DNA of 64,000 nt from Haliotis rubra (Eukaryota). The stretch lies in NCBI RefSeq assembly GCF_003918875.1, contig NW_025765225.1, positions 1,240,001 to 1,304,000 on the forward strand, in the 5' to 3' direction. The notes beneath the pieces are model-generated. The model was given only the letters and a program-made list of their open reading frames with translations, did not search any database and had not been told where the DNA came from. A program made the position numbers and the translations under genes. Each line of letters opens with the position of its first letter. Position 1 is the stretch's first letter. Below are positions 1 to 11,844 of this stretch, one piece after another.

Positions 1-82
1 CTTGCATGTGTTGAGTAAAAGGCAGAGTAGTTGAAGACCGACATAGCCGCTCGACATTGTTTTTAGTCGGGGTTTCTTGATA

Positions 83-3000
83 CTATTCATGTGCAATCCT
101 ATTTTCTGATATATAATATATAATAAGTTATTGCGTTTTACAGAGACCCGACTATAGACGAAAGCTAGAAAATAGTTTTTTGTCAACACAACTGGTACTC
201 TATCAAATATCCAATCCAGAAATGAGACAGACACACTGACCTGCTCCAAGTCCATGGCCTGGCTCGGGGACGACACCTTAAACATGATGATTGATGTGTA
301 AGGAAATGTAGAATAAAACCAACAAGTAAAACATGTTTAATAATTATGAACATAAACATCCATTATTAGCAAACTATAATGTTTTGTTATCTTGAAATAT
401 TAATGTTCATGATACATAACACAAAATCCCAGTTTACTCATGTCATTATGGAATATACTTCACGCTAAAATAAATAATGATATTTTACCTGCCCCTATTC
501 CATGTTGGGGCTCAGGTAGTGGCCCCACTCCAAATCCCGGCTCTGGGAGTACACCTATAAACAAATACACATATTACGATGTCTTTATGTTCACGATCAC
601 TGTGATCAAGATATAGTTATGTGCGAAAATATAGTCCTCATTCTCAGCACAAGATAAGATCTCTATTCCTCCAAATGCATGTGATGTCGACGATATGTAT
701 GTGTTTTTCTACTGTCCCTTTTCTTTTGACAGTGAAGGATTGATACCTCTGAGACATTGGCATTTCATTTGTCAGTATTGAGAGGGCCTCTGTTAGTAAT
801 ATTCGAAACTGAATGTATTCACCCTTATAGAAGAAGAAGGGTGGTTTGAGGCTTTTACATATTAATATAGTGAATAATCAAGGTAGTTTCATTACCTGAT
901 CTTATTCCATGTGTGATGTGGATAGCTGGAAACAAATATAAAATGCATACAAATAAAAAACGTGTACACAGTAATATATCATGTTGAGCACAGCATCTGG
1001 TATCTCAAAAGCCAGATCCCATATCTTGCTACAATGTTACCAGTATGTTTGTATTGTGCCGTGTGGCGGTGACTGGTTAACCTGTTCTCACCTGACGTTT
1101 CTGTTCCAGTTCGAGGGTTCCCTACTATGATGCAGACGAGTACTACAGGTGATGTAAAAGACACTGGGTGTATTCCACATTGTATTTTAGTAGGGGATCA
1201 GCTTTAACAAGCAGCTTAATAGTAAAATACCAAAATGCACATTTTTGAAACCATGTAATACATTACAAATTACTCGTGTTGAACACGTAGACCGTTTCAA
1301 TGCATAATGTGGTATATGGAATACGTGTGTAGTCATCAGTGTGATTTCAGAATGCATTGACAGATGTAACCAGCTGTATTCCGAGATCCGACTTTATTTT
1401 CAAAGACAAAGTATTGCACTGTTATCAATGTCATAATGGGTACTAGAGTTTCCCTTGGAAAATCGATTTAGGAAATAGGATTAATTCTCACAGGATTACT
1501 AGATATACGGTAAAACAGGTATGTTTGGAATAGCCTATGCAATGGAGTCGACGACAATATGTTTTACACTATTGAAATAGTATCATAACTATGGAGTTCA
1601 GTTGGTTTGTTTGCTTGTTAGTAAGTTAGTTCTTTAGTTTGCTGTTAATGCACCATTCAGCAATATTCCAGCTACAATATTCCAGCTGGCCTAGTGGTTA
1701 AAGCGTTTGCTCGTCACGCCGAAGACCCGGGTTCGATTCCTCACATGGGTACAACGTGTGAAACCCATTTCTGGTGTCTCCCGCCGTATATTGCTTGAAT
1801 ATTGCTAAAAGCGGCGTAAAACTAACCTAACTCACTCACTCACTCGTAGCTTCAGTTTGTTGTGAACGCCACACAAAGCAACATGAGCATCGATCTTTCC
1901 AATGAGGATTCAATTACAACAAAGTCAGTGAGTCTTATTACAGTCAGTATTGTACTTCCGGGGTCGGGACTTAGAGTGGAACCTATTAGTCGCCTCTAAC
2001 GACAAGCATGGGTTGCTGAAGACCAATTCGAACCCGGATCTTAACGGGGAAGTGTTTTGGGGAAAGGAAGGCATACACAACTGGATACTGTACCTGGTTC
2101 GGGTTTTGGAATCACACCAAATCCAAAAACTGAAAGAGAACAATATTTCTTTGTAAGAATCTGTAAATATGGGACGCTTCTATATGATAACATTTCTTAT
2201 TTGTGTCTGAAAGTATGTATTTGAGTGTCGTTTAATGCCCAAGACAGCAATATTATACAGCCTCGGCTGGACAGACATGGCGTTGATATTATGAACAATG
2301 TCCCGAGACGTAGGTATACAATGAAACACAAGCAACAAGTCACCGAGCGTGACAAACAATCTAAATAATGAAGTAGTATTGTTTGCAAATACCGCACAAA
2401 GATCAGGGGATATCCTTTAACAGGTCACGCCAGAACGACCTTTCATCTGACCGATCACTTACCAAATATAGACAATGACATCTGACAATGACAAGGCATT
2501 CCGAACCACATTTACATGCTGTGCGGCTCATTCTGTCAAACTCATCGTTATTTAGTTCTATTAAATAATCACATGAACGGAAGAAACAGTGCAATACTTA
2601 TAATATCGGCCATCTAGAATTAAGGAATTCTCTTTCCTTCAGATGTTTAAACTGCAGAAACTAGCCTGGAATGGACGTCTCAAGTTAAAACTCGTGCCGT
2701 AAAGCTCGAGAATGATTGCTTATGTCGACTTCATTTCATTAGATCTGTGAGTAACGCTAACCAGCACCAAAATCTAATTTAATGAAATTGGCTTTTAATT
2801 ACTGCTGGTGAATGTTATTTGCAGAAAATATTTTTCAACTTCTAAATCGGAATCTCAGTTTTATCGAACTATCAATAAATAAAGTTTGGAGTCGTGGCCA
2901 TTTCTCCACAAAAAATGTAATCTAAGTGTAGAAATACCACTGTTCGATGAATTACATAGTTTAAAACTAAACAGGCATATACGACGGTAGTAAAATATAG

Positions 3001-3184
3001 AACAGAGCTGTGAATGCCTTCACTAAAATAAATAACAAGTATTCATCGTTATAAGAATTAATATATTCAAGATAGGAGTACATTGTCATACGAAACAATT
3101 TTGTTTGACGAATATATAGTTGAAACACAAATAAGAATATTCACCTGTGGTAAAAGAAAGAATAAGTACTGTAAGTGCCCTCAT
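83..3184 (-). CDS. Orphan 64-aa secreted Pro/Gly/His-rich peptide (PEPG repeats), 5 coding exons: 3145-3184, 896-925, 489-554, 241-276, 83-105
   Basis: Hand-spliced: MRALTVLILSFTTAIHITHG-IRSGVLPEPGFGVGPLPEPQHGIGAGVVPEPGHGLGAENRIAHE*. All introns are GT-AG and phase 1. Internal exons are 30, 66 and 36 nt (multiples of 3), the N-terminus is signal-peptide-like, and TATATA lies ~50 nt upstream of the ATG. The last exon is the least certain; the gene could instead continue beyond the window start. Confidence 0.72.
1687..1845 (+). mobile_element. tRNA-derived SINE family A (5'-truncated), inserted into an oppositely oriented family-B SINE
   Basis: A-box gcctagtggttaaagcg, B-box ggttcgattcc, tail aatattgctaaaagcggcgtaaaac-(actc)n. 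Family-B pieces flank it at ~1600-1686 and ~1880-2048. Confidence 0.85.
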
Positions 3185-3228
3185 GTCAACGGTCCAAGCC
3201 TAATGTTGTAGAGGGTGTATGCAGTAGC

Positions 3229-3238
3229 CCTATATAGA
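3229..3238 (-). promoter_or_regulatory. Candidate TATA box of the PEPG peptide gene
   Basis: cttcTATATAggg on the minus strand ~50 nt upstream of ATG 3184. Confidence 0.5.
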
Positions 3239-3381
3239 AGCTTGTATGTGGAGCTGGTGACACTGTGATATTGATGGCCATATAATGTCCCAGTCACTGT
3301 CGCCCTCTAGGCATTCACGTCACTGTTATTGATGTCTCCGTGTACGTCAACTATGGTATTACACAATGTAGCACTAAGTAA

Positions 3382-4017
3382 GTGTCCATTTTTGACACAT
3401 TGCCATCTGTATTGTCTCAGCTGAGCCTATGAACGCTTCCTTCTGACCCGGGCCACGAAGTCAACACACCTCTTTTTTCGTAAACAATTTATCATCTTTG
3501 CATTTTCTGCAGACTAGATTTACCCCTTCGTTGCAGGAAAAAGAGTTCTGGCTCTGTACGATGTATCGCTGGTCAGGCTGAAAGGACCATATATATTCAT
3601 TATGTATTTGAACTCGCTTACTCAGTGAGAAGTTCTTTGTTATTGGTCTTCAGTAATATAGTCGTATCTCTTATCATCGTTCTAAATTGAGAATGAGTTG
3701 TTTTATATTGTTGTTTGATCAGAGTTACCTCATCTAAATGGGTGTCCATTTTTGACACATTGTCCTCTGTATTGTTTCAGCTGAACCCATGAACGCTTCC
3801 GTGTGACCCGGCAACGAAGTCAACACATAAAACTAACCTTTATGTTTTGGTAAACAATTTGTCATATTAGCATTTCTTGCAGACTAGATTTACTCCTTTG
3901 TTGTAGGAAAGAGAGTTCTGGTTTCGTATGTCCTGCTGGTCAGACTGAACGGAAGGACAATACTCGTCGTCACAATGTACTAGTATCTTTTTATGTATTT
4001 GAACTCTCTTACTCAGT
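3382..4017. repeat. Diverged direct duplication (period ~360 bp) upstream of the peptide gene promoter
   Basis: gtgtccatttttgacacattg...tatgtatttgaactc.cttactcagt occurs at 3382-3626 and again at 3742-4017. Confidence 0.85.
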
Positions 4018-4719
4018 ATAGCTCTTCGTGTTTGTTAATGTCAACACGTGACTTGCCTTTGCGTGTGTTTGTGACAAGTACCGCCATAATGGGGAGGATA
4101 TGGTAACCTTAAACGAATGCTAATGATGGATCTCGTCGTAATCGTACAATGGTCTTCTTGGATATTGTCACCGTTTTAAACGAATACTTTTGATGGATCT
4201 GGTTGGAATCGTACAATGGTCTTCTTTTGGTATTGTTTTCGTTATTATAATTATAGAATGGATTTTGTCGGTTATATTGGCCAACTTTGAGAGCAACATA
4301 TACATGACGTTATAGGCGACTATATTGATCGGGGTCGACGTCATCACGTCGTTGATTGCGTGTCATCAAACCTTAAAGGTGTGGACCGTTGTTCGCAGTA
4401 TCAGTCATTATATTGTCCCATCCAAACATCAACTAGTGCTGGAATATATATGAATAATATTGTCTCCATTAGGCGAAGCAATAACGGGCAAATGTACTAC
4501 AAGAGGGATGAATTCGAATTTACAGTCGTCTGGCTTTGGTGTTTAGATTAACCTTTAATTATACATGCAGGTTTTGCTGAGATAAAAATATTTCTTTTCG
4601 AAAATAATCGTTTACGTTGAATTTGAAAGGCCATATGTGAGTAATTGAAGAGGTTTTAATCTGCTTTCAATACTTTTCCAGCATTGTCACGAAACGCCAG
4701 GACACTCCAACCACTCCAC

Positions 4720-4820
4720 CCCAAAAATAAAACAACAACAACCAAAACCAAAACAAAACAAAAACAAACCCAACAAAACAACAGCAAAAAGAAAAGAAAA
4801 CCAAAAACGCAACATAAAAG
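4720..4820. repeat. A/C-rich low-complexity (AAAAC)n-like tract
   Basis: Seen directly; explains the spurious ORFs at 4667-4905. Confidence 0.8.
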
Positions 4821-5499
4821 ATACCCTGTGACCACAACTCATGGCTTCCTTCCACTTGATCAAAAGTAAAATATATTTACAACAATGGAAGTCAATCATG
4901 TTCATCGATTACATCGTTAAGGCAATACACACATCAGTTTTCACAGACTGTTATTACCTTGCCAGGTATGACAGGTGCTAATTGAGGAGTGTCGGTGACG
5001 CGTTGTACCTTCAAATACCTCTTTAGATCAAAGCCTTGAAACGAAACAGACATCAACGAAGACTACCACGACAGTTGATATGGAATGTAATAACTTATAT
5101 TTGTGGCAGGGGCCTCGGGCTGACCCACTCTACGAGCCAATCATATTTATTCTTTAAACGGATCCTTCTGTCGTCAGTGTCTATAATGATGCCTTGAATA
5201 CGTTATACTTTAGATAAGGAAGGGAAATCAAAGTATGGGTACGTTTTTATGGTAGACACTAGATTATCATTGGAAAATGACGTGGACAAACTGTTACAGT
5301 TACATTATTTGTCGTTAGAGGCTGTATGGTAAATCCTGGGGCCTGGGGCCACCCGTGTCTTCACGTTCTACTGGCTGAGTTCAGTCTCTGTTCTTAAGGT
5401 ATGGTGCATGCGCCAAGTCTTTGTCTTCCGGGTCAGATGGCTGTGTTCAATTTGCCTTCGTAGTCTTGTCCTTGTGTGCACCACTTCTTCTTGTCTATA

Positions 5500-6245
5500 G
5501 CACGTGTTCAGCCAGTGTCTTCCCCATATGGTGCATGTGCCCAATTTGTGTCTTCACTGTGGCGCATCTGTCCAGTTTGTGTCTTCACGGTGCAGTACAT
5601 GTGTCCAGTTTGTGTCTTCACTGTGTGGCGCATGTGTCCAGTTTGTATCTTCATGGTGTGGTGCATGTGCCCAGTTTGTGTCTTCACTGTGTGGTTCATG
5701 TGTCCAGTTTGCGTCTTCACTGTGTGGCGCATGTGTCCAGTTTGTATCTTCATGGTGTGGTGCATGTGCCCAGTTTGTGTCTTCACTGTGTGGTTCATGT
5801 GTCCAGTTTGTGTCTTCACTGTGTGGCGCATGTGTCCAGTTTGTATCTTCATGGTGTGGTGCATGTGCCCAGTTTGTGTCTTCACTGTGTGTGCGCATGT
5901 GTCCAGTTTGCGTCTTAATGATGTGGCGCATGTGTCCAGTTTGTGTCCCCACGGTGTGGCGCATGTGTCCAGTTTGTGTCTTCACGGTGTAGTACATGTC
6001 CAGTTTGTGTCTTCACTGTGTGGCGCATGTGTCCAGTTTGTATCTTCATGGTGTGGCGCATGTGTTCAGTATATGTCTTCACGATGTAGTACATGAATCT
6101 AGTTTGTGTCTTCATGCTGTGGTGCATGTGTCCAGTTTGTGTCTTCACGGTATGTTGCATGTGTCTTGTTTGTATCTTCCTTGTGTGGTGCATGTGCCCA
6201 GTTTGTTTCTTCACGGTGTGGTGCATGTGCCCAGTTTGTTTGTTC
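5500..6245. repeat. 33-bp minisatellite (~22 copies) with a 99-bp higher-order trimer
   Basis: Unit ~ggtgtggtgcatgtgtccagtttgtgtcttcac. The variant catggtgtggtgcatgtgccc recurs at 5652, 5751 and 5850 (99-bp period). Confidence 0.95.
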
Positions 6246-6757
6246 ATCAAATGGTTCGTATGTCATATCTGTATTTGTTTGGTTGTACAAAGTTCTAGTC
6301 GAACATGGATCGAATGTATTGCGTTCATGACGCATATAAGTGAGCCTAGCGCCACGTCAGTATATTGGTGTGGGAGTCAATAGCGGAACGGTAATCTGTC
6401 AGTGAGTGGTAAATTTATGAGGTTCTGTTAAAACGGTAACCTCTGATAAATAACTATAAATAAATAAATTCACAAGCGGGTTGGTGAGACTGAACCATAT
6501 AAAAATCGACACTTAAAACTCTGAACTGCCCAATGAACAGCCCAGTTTAACGCGATGATGAAGTTCTTGTTGTTGCACCGTCGGAATAACAAAATTGATT
6601 ATATTCAGATTCTGTTACAAATTCTGTATGAGTGGCAGTGACTATAGAACTGGTGTATGCGTGGGATAGCAATAGGCATTACAGGTTTGTGGTAATAGTC
6701 TGTTGGCCACCTTACTTGAGACACGTTCTGGGAACAAGATATCATCTTAAAGGTAAA

Positions 6758-6948
6758 NNNNNNNNNNNNNNNNNNNNNNNNNNNNNNNNNNNNNNNNNNN
6801 NNNNNNNNNNNNNNNNNNNNNNNNNNNNNNNNNNNNNNNNNNNNNNNNNNNNNNNNNNNNNNNNNNNNNNNNNNNNNNNNNNNNNNNNNNNNNNNNNNNN
6901 NNNNNNNNNNNNNNNNNNNNNNNNNNNNNNNNNNNNNNNNNNNNNNNN
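6758..6948. other. Assembly gap (N run)
   Basis: Run of Ns. Confidence 1.
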
Positions 6949-7289
6949 TCGCAGTCTGTAAATACTACACTGTAAGAAGTGCCTGAAACCACAAGGACTG
7001 ATCCAAGGCATCATTGGAATGAACACACAACATGACTGATCGATAGTTTTTAGTCGGTTCATAGGTTCGTAGTACTTCATGTCTTGTATAGTTGGTCTGG
7101 GATTTTGACATGTTTTGATAGGTGGACATTCCGTTCATTCTGAAGTTGTACATCACTTGTTGCAAAATTCCACCATTTTGGGGGCGAGGGGAGCCATGAA
7201 TGTGCTTTCCATATTGTATCAATATTCAGAATCGAATCCGCTCGTTTGTTCCAAATCGCCAAAATAATAATAATGGCATTCATATTGCG

Positions 7290-7412
7290 TCCAGGCAGGG
7301 ACCAACAAGTACCATATTTTAACGTCTTTTGGTATGACGCGGTCGGGGATCGAACCCGCGACCTTCCGCTCTCCGGGCGGACGCTCTAACGACTACACCA
7401 CGGAGGCGGTCA
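7290..7412 (-). mobile_element. tRNA-derived SINE family C, 5' part only
   Basis: Near-identical to the head of the full copies at 12895-13247 and 49137-49479. Confidence 0.85.
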
Positions 7413-7414
7413 GA

Positions 7415-8823
7415 CTTTGAATGAAGGTGTAGCTGTCAGTGATATATTTGTCTCGATTTGATTTTATGCAGATGACATCGTTCTAATAGCCCCCACCGAA
7501 GAAAAGCTACAGCAAATGCTTGACGTTGTCACCTCCTGGTGCAGAAGATGATGTTTGTGTGTAAATGAGGATAAACGAAAATTATTCACTTCAGAAAGGA
7601 CTTCTCCATACGTTCAGATGTTCAATGTAGATGTTGTAATCATGTGATTAGTTACGTTGAATCCTACAAATATTTACGGCTTTGCTTTCATGGGCATCTA
7701 AACATGAAGCATGCTGTGAGAGAACTGGCAAAAAGTGCCCAAGAGAACCCCATCATTGCTTATTACGAAGTACAGACTGTGCGGTGATATGGCCTATGAC
7801 GTATACAGGAAACTGTACGAATCGACTGTTGAGCCCATCCTTTTGTATTGTGCGCCGATTTTGGGTATGTATAGCCATCGTGAGATCAGCAACGTACAAA
7901 ACAGAGCTTGCAGGTTTTTCTTGGGCGTGCCTCGCAATACGAGGAACACTGTGACCCATGGAGAAATGGGGTGGCCTACCTGTTTCACTAAACAACGAAC
8001 AGATGTTTTACGTTTTTATATCAAGCTACGAAACACTGACAGACTGATCACTAAACGTTATAACTGAAAAGGAAGAAGAGGTTCGATCGCTTATACAGCA
8101 CAACGCTTATGCAGAAAACTAGGCATTAAGTGTAATACCACCGACACTACTGGACATACAATAAGAGACATGAAGAGACGTCTGATGAGACTGGATGAAG
8201 AAGATTGGTTTAGGGATCTTTGGAATGATAAAGGCAACGTAAACGGAAACAAGCTCAGTGACAGGACTTACAGATTATTTAAAAAGATCGACCCCAGAGA
8301 CATACTTAAAGGCTATAGTTAACAGAAACGCAAGACGAAATCTCACCAAACTAAGCTGCGGTAATCTTGCTCTCCATGTCGAAAGAGGATGATACAACAA
8401 AGCACCCACCCCCCCCACCCCCACACTGAATCAGAGAATATGCCCATTTTGCAGCAGTGTAGAGGATGAAATCCACTTCCTTTTAAATTGCCATTTTCAC
8501 AATGACTTATTCACAATGACTTATTAGATATTTCCGATTTTCAAACTTTTCAACGTTTAAATGCTTTTGTCATCAGGTCCATATATTTTATATATTTTAG
8601 CAATTTCTGTTAATGAAATGTTCAAAAGAAGAGATATTTTAACCTAAGGTTATGTATATATATGGTTTTATAAAAACCTTTCTATGATGCATATTTTTAA
8701 CCCCTAGATAACAGTGTCTCATAAGCCTGTTAAGGCTTGATGTATGTAAATGTGTTTAATGTATATGTATTTTATTTCTTGTTTACATACATGTGACACT
8801 TTAATAAACTATGTCTGTCTGTC
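7415..8823 (+). mobile_element. 5'-truncated, decayed non-LTR retrotransposon (LINE) ORF2 3' half
   Basis: LYADDIVL RT motif at ~7461-7485; 'LYESTVEPILLYCAPILG' and 'VQNRACRFFLGV'; C-terminal CPFC...EDEIHFLLNC knuckle ~8440-8490; tail aataaac-(tgtc)n; multiple stops and frameshifts. Confidence 0.9.
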
Positions 8824-9059
8824 ATATTTTCTGCTGGGTGAACAGAGGCAATTTTTAACAAACTCACTTCACAAAATGAAGGAATACACGATGCACTAAT
8901 TCCTTAGGTCATGAGGATCTGAAGCTAAGACAATATGAAAATATGGACATTGCTTGAATTTGAAAAGTGAATATTTACGAAAACATATCATAAATGAATA
9001 TAGCAGGTACATCGTGAGTTATTCTTTATTCTCCATTACACTGCCCAACAGAGCGGCAA

Positions 9060-11656
9060 CTACTTCCCAATCACATGACCGTGGTGGTTTCCGTTTCCGG
9101 TGTGTGGTGGTGTCGGGGTAAGTTGGGGGGACTCGCACAACTTCAAGCACTCGTCTTCCGTCTTGAAGTTGTTGGAGTTACCCCCGCATCCGCTGTAGGG
9201 GAAGATGAGGCACTTGCTTTGGAACATGTCGAAGTAGTACCGGCTCTCGGCACCGTGGCAGTGACCGCTCACCGGCGGCAACAAACACACTGAAGAGTAT
9301 CACATAGGTTGTTAAAACTGCCCGTACACACGAGTCATTATTATTTCCAAAAGCGAACGAGAATTCAGCGTGAGTTAGTTTTTTCATTACATTAGCACAT
9401 TATATTGTATGAATGTAATGAGTGAGTTTGGTTTTACGCCGCTTTCAGCAATATTCCAGCAATATCACGGCAGGGGACACCAGAAATGGGTTTCTCATAT
9501 CGTACCCATGTGGGGAATCGAACCCGGGTCTTCGGCGTGACGAGCGAACGCTTTAACCACAAGGCTATTCCACCGCCCCATGAATGTGTAATGGATGAAT
9601 ATTACCAATATCGACAGATCAAAAGTGGGTACAAAACAGACCGTTTTCAAATAGTAGTCAATAAGTTTAACAAAAACGTTCATGCATATTGGATATAGAT
9701 TACGTTTGGTGTAAAGAGCAAAAGGTCGTGAGAATCATATGCATAGATATCATTGGGAAATTGGCCTCTCAAAATTCATGAGCCTTTTCAGTGTTCAGGT
9801 GACACGTCTTTACAGTACAGACCACGATCTTGAGCCCTTTTTAACCTATTGGCACTAGACAGATTAAGATGGGGGTTAAAGACAACAAGCAGAAACAGAC
9901 CCTGTTATATTTTCTGACCGGAGATACGTAACTACTTTCCTGAGTGAGATGGACAACTGTCTTCTACAATTAGTTTCGTTGGTTTGTTGTTTAACGCCGC
10001 ACTCAGCAATATTCCAGCTATATGGCGGCAGTCTGTAAATAATCGAGTCTGGACCAGACAATCCAGTGATCAACAGCATGAGCATTGATCTACGCAATTG
10101 GGATACGATGACATGTTGGTCAACCAAGTCAGCGAGCCTGACCATCCGATCCCGTCACTCGCCTCTTACGACAAGCATGGGTTGCTGAAGACCAATTTTT
10201 GACCCGGGTCTTCACGGGTCTCTTACACTTTGTGAAATACCAAACATATTATAACTTTCCGATGTTTCACGAGGCTACTCATTGAACTCAACTAAAAAGA
10301 ATCAAAACCATGCAAGCATGTTACTGCGACTAGAAATATAAAATAAAAATGAAATTTCTTTGATATAAAATGTTTTTAAATGACGTTTGACTAAAAAATA
10401 TTAAAACCCCTTTCAATAAAAAATACTCCTTTGCGCATGTGCTTCTGAACTTTACAAACGAGTATTGTCTATGTAAACATATCGCGTTAATCCAAGTCAT
10501 TATCAAAGGACGTATCATAATCCAGTAGGTTTGATTCAAGTTGATTGAATTCTCATATATTTTGCTGAATGATTTATATTATATTATATTTGAAGAAATC
10601 ATGGATACACTCTATTTACTGAACGCATTTGTGTGCGTTTAGTCTGACGCCGCTTTCAGCAATATTCAAGTAATATCACGGCGGGTGACACCAGAAATGG
10701 GCTTCACACATTGTACCCATTTGGGAATAGAACCCGTGTCTTCGGCCCGACGAACGAACGCTTTAACCACTAGGCTACCCCATCGCCGATATACTAAACG
10801 GAAAGAGGCAGTGGTAATAAAACCTGTATCACAACATATTATTCTTGATGTTTCAAACGTATTTCACTGAGGGAAGTAACTTCAAAACCGTGAACGCATT
10901 GTGCAGCCACATTTGTTTACAGAACCATCCACTTATTGGGAACCGTGTAGTTTCGTGGATAGAACGACTTCCAAGAGAGCAGAATTTGTAACTAAAACAG
11001 ATATACACACTATTAATTCATCTTGTATACAGTGAACACTCCCAAACAGCAGGTGGATATTCTTAGTCTAGATTCAGAAGTGCACCTGGCAATTCCCACA
11101 ATGACTTACTCTTAGAAAGGTGAAGGTCGTTTAACTGACGTCTTTAATTAGAACGGCCGTCTTACCTATATCTGAAAACAAAAACAAATCATATAACTAC
11201 AGAATCATAAATTGTGTTGACTTTCTGATGCAAGGAACATTCTGAAAAAAGTAAACATAGAAACACCCACTCGATCGATTCGGGGCAACAGAATATAACA
11301 GTTTTGTTATGCTTCATTTCTGTTTCTACTCTCATCTAGCACCACGGATTAAAAGAATACAAAAAGACAATTTAAGTTTCACCTGAGTCATAGCTAGTAA
11401 ACACCTCATGTCTCAATATCCTGGCATTTTCTTTAACGGGTTCAAAGATACCAGAATGTTAGATGTTTAGTTTCAAACTGACAGACAAACTAATTTTTTT
11501 ACGTTACGAATATCGGTTTTCAGTTTAAAAACGTCATGGAACATATATAATCCGACTCACCCAGTACCGTCAGTAGCACTTACCATAACTGTCGATTCGT
11601 GACACGCAACTGAATATGACCAATAAGGCGACTGTGGACGCCCAGACTCGGTTCAT
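9060..11656 (-). CDS. Secreted single-domain Kunitz/BPTI-type protease inhibitor (~102 aa); exons 11584-11656, candidate micro-exon 11166-11171, 9060-9289
   Basis: Signal exon MNRVWASTVALLVIFSCVSRIDSY with G|GTAAGT donor. Kunitz domain with 6 Cys at BPTI spacing and FxYxGCxGNxNNF. Phase-1 junctions. AATAAA ~30 nt after the stop (9025-9030). Confidence 0.92.
9420..9578 (-). mobile_element. SINE family A, full length
   Basis: tRNA-like head with A/B boxes, same body as 1687-1845. Confidence 0.9.
9975..10220 (-). mobile_element. SINE family B (V-domain-like core cttgtcgtaagaggcga)
   Basis: Matches the copy at 43557-43772 and fragments at ~1985-2048, ~25900-26050 and ~58700-58760; shares its 3' tail with family A. 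Confidence 0.85.
10631..10787 (-). mobile_element. SINE family A, diverged copy
   Basis: ccagaaatgggcttcacacattgtaccc...aacgctttaaccactaggctaccc. Confidence 0.85.
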
Positions 11657-11844
11657 AGTTGTTGGTGTAGGAGAATGGGACTGAACTCGAACAGTAGGCT
11701 GCACTATATGGCAGTCAGGTCTGGTGTGTAGCAAGCAGTGTGGTGCTGCATGTCGTGACAAGGGCCAGATAAGCTACAGGCCAGGTACATCCTGACACTG
11801 TGTGTCTCGCGACAGTGAAGAGATAACGAGCTGGAGACAGACTT

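Noticed and set aside
979-2594. Minus-strand ORFs 979-1164 and 2403-2594 with Cys spacing vaguely like Sushi or PAN domains
   Set aside because: No convincing in-phase splice-site pairs; they lie within intron 1 of the peptide gene, whose signal peptide is complete without them
5421-6383. Many overlapping Cys/His/Thr-rich ORFs on both strands
   Set aside because: By-products of the 33-bp minisatellite; no splice, promoter or signal-peptide support
6632-7080. ORFs spanning N runs (also 36846-37147)
   Set aside because: Artefacts of translating assembly gaps
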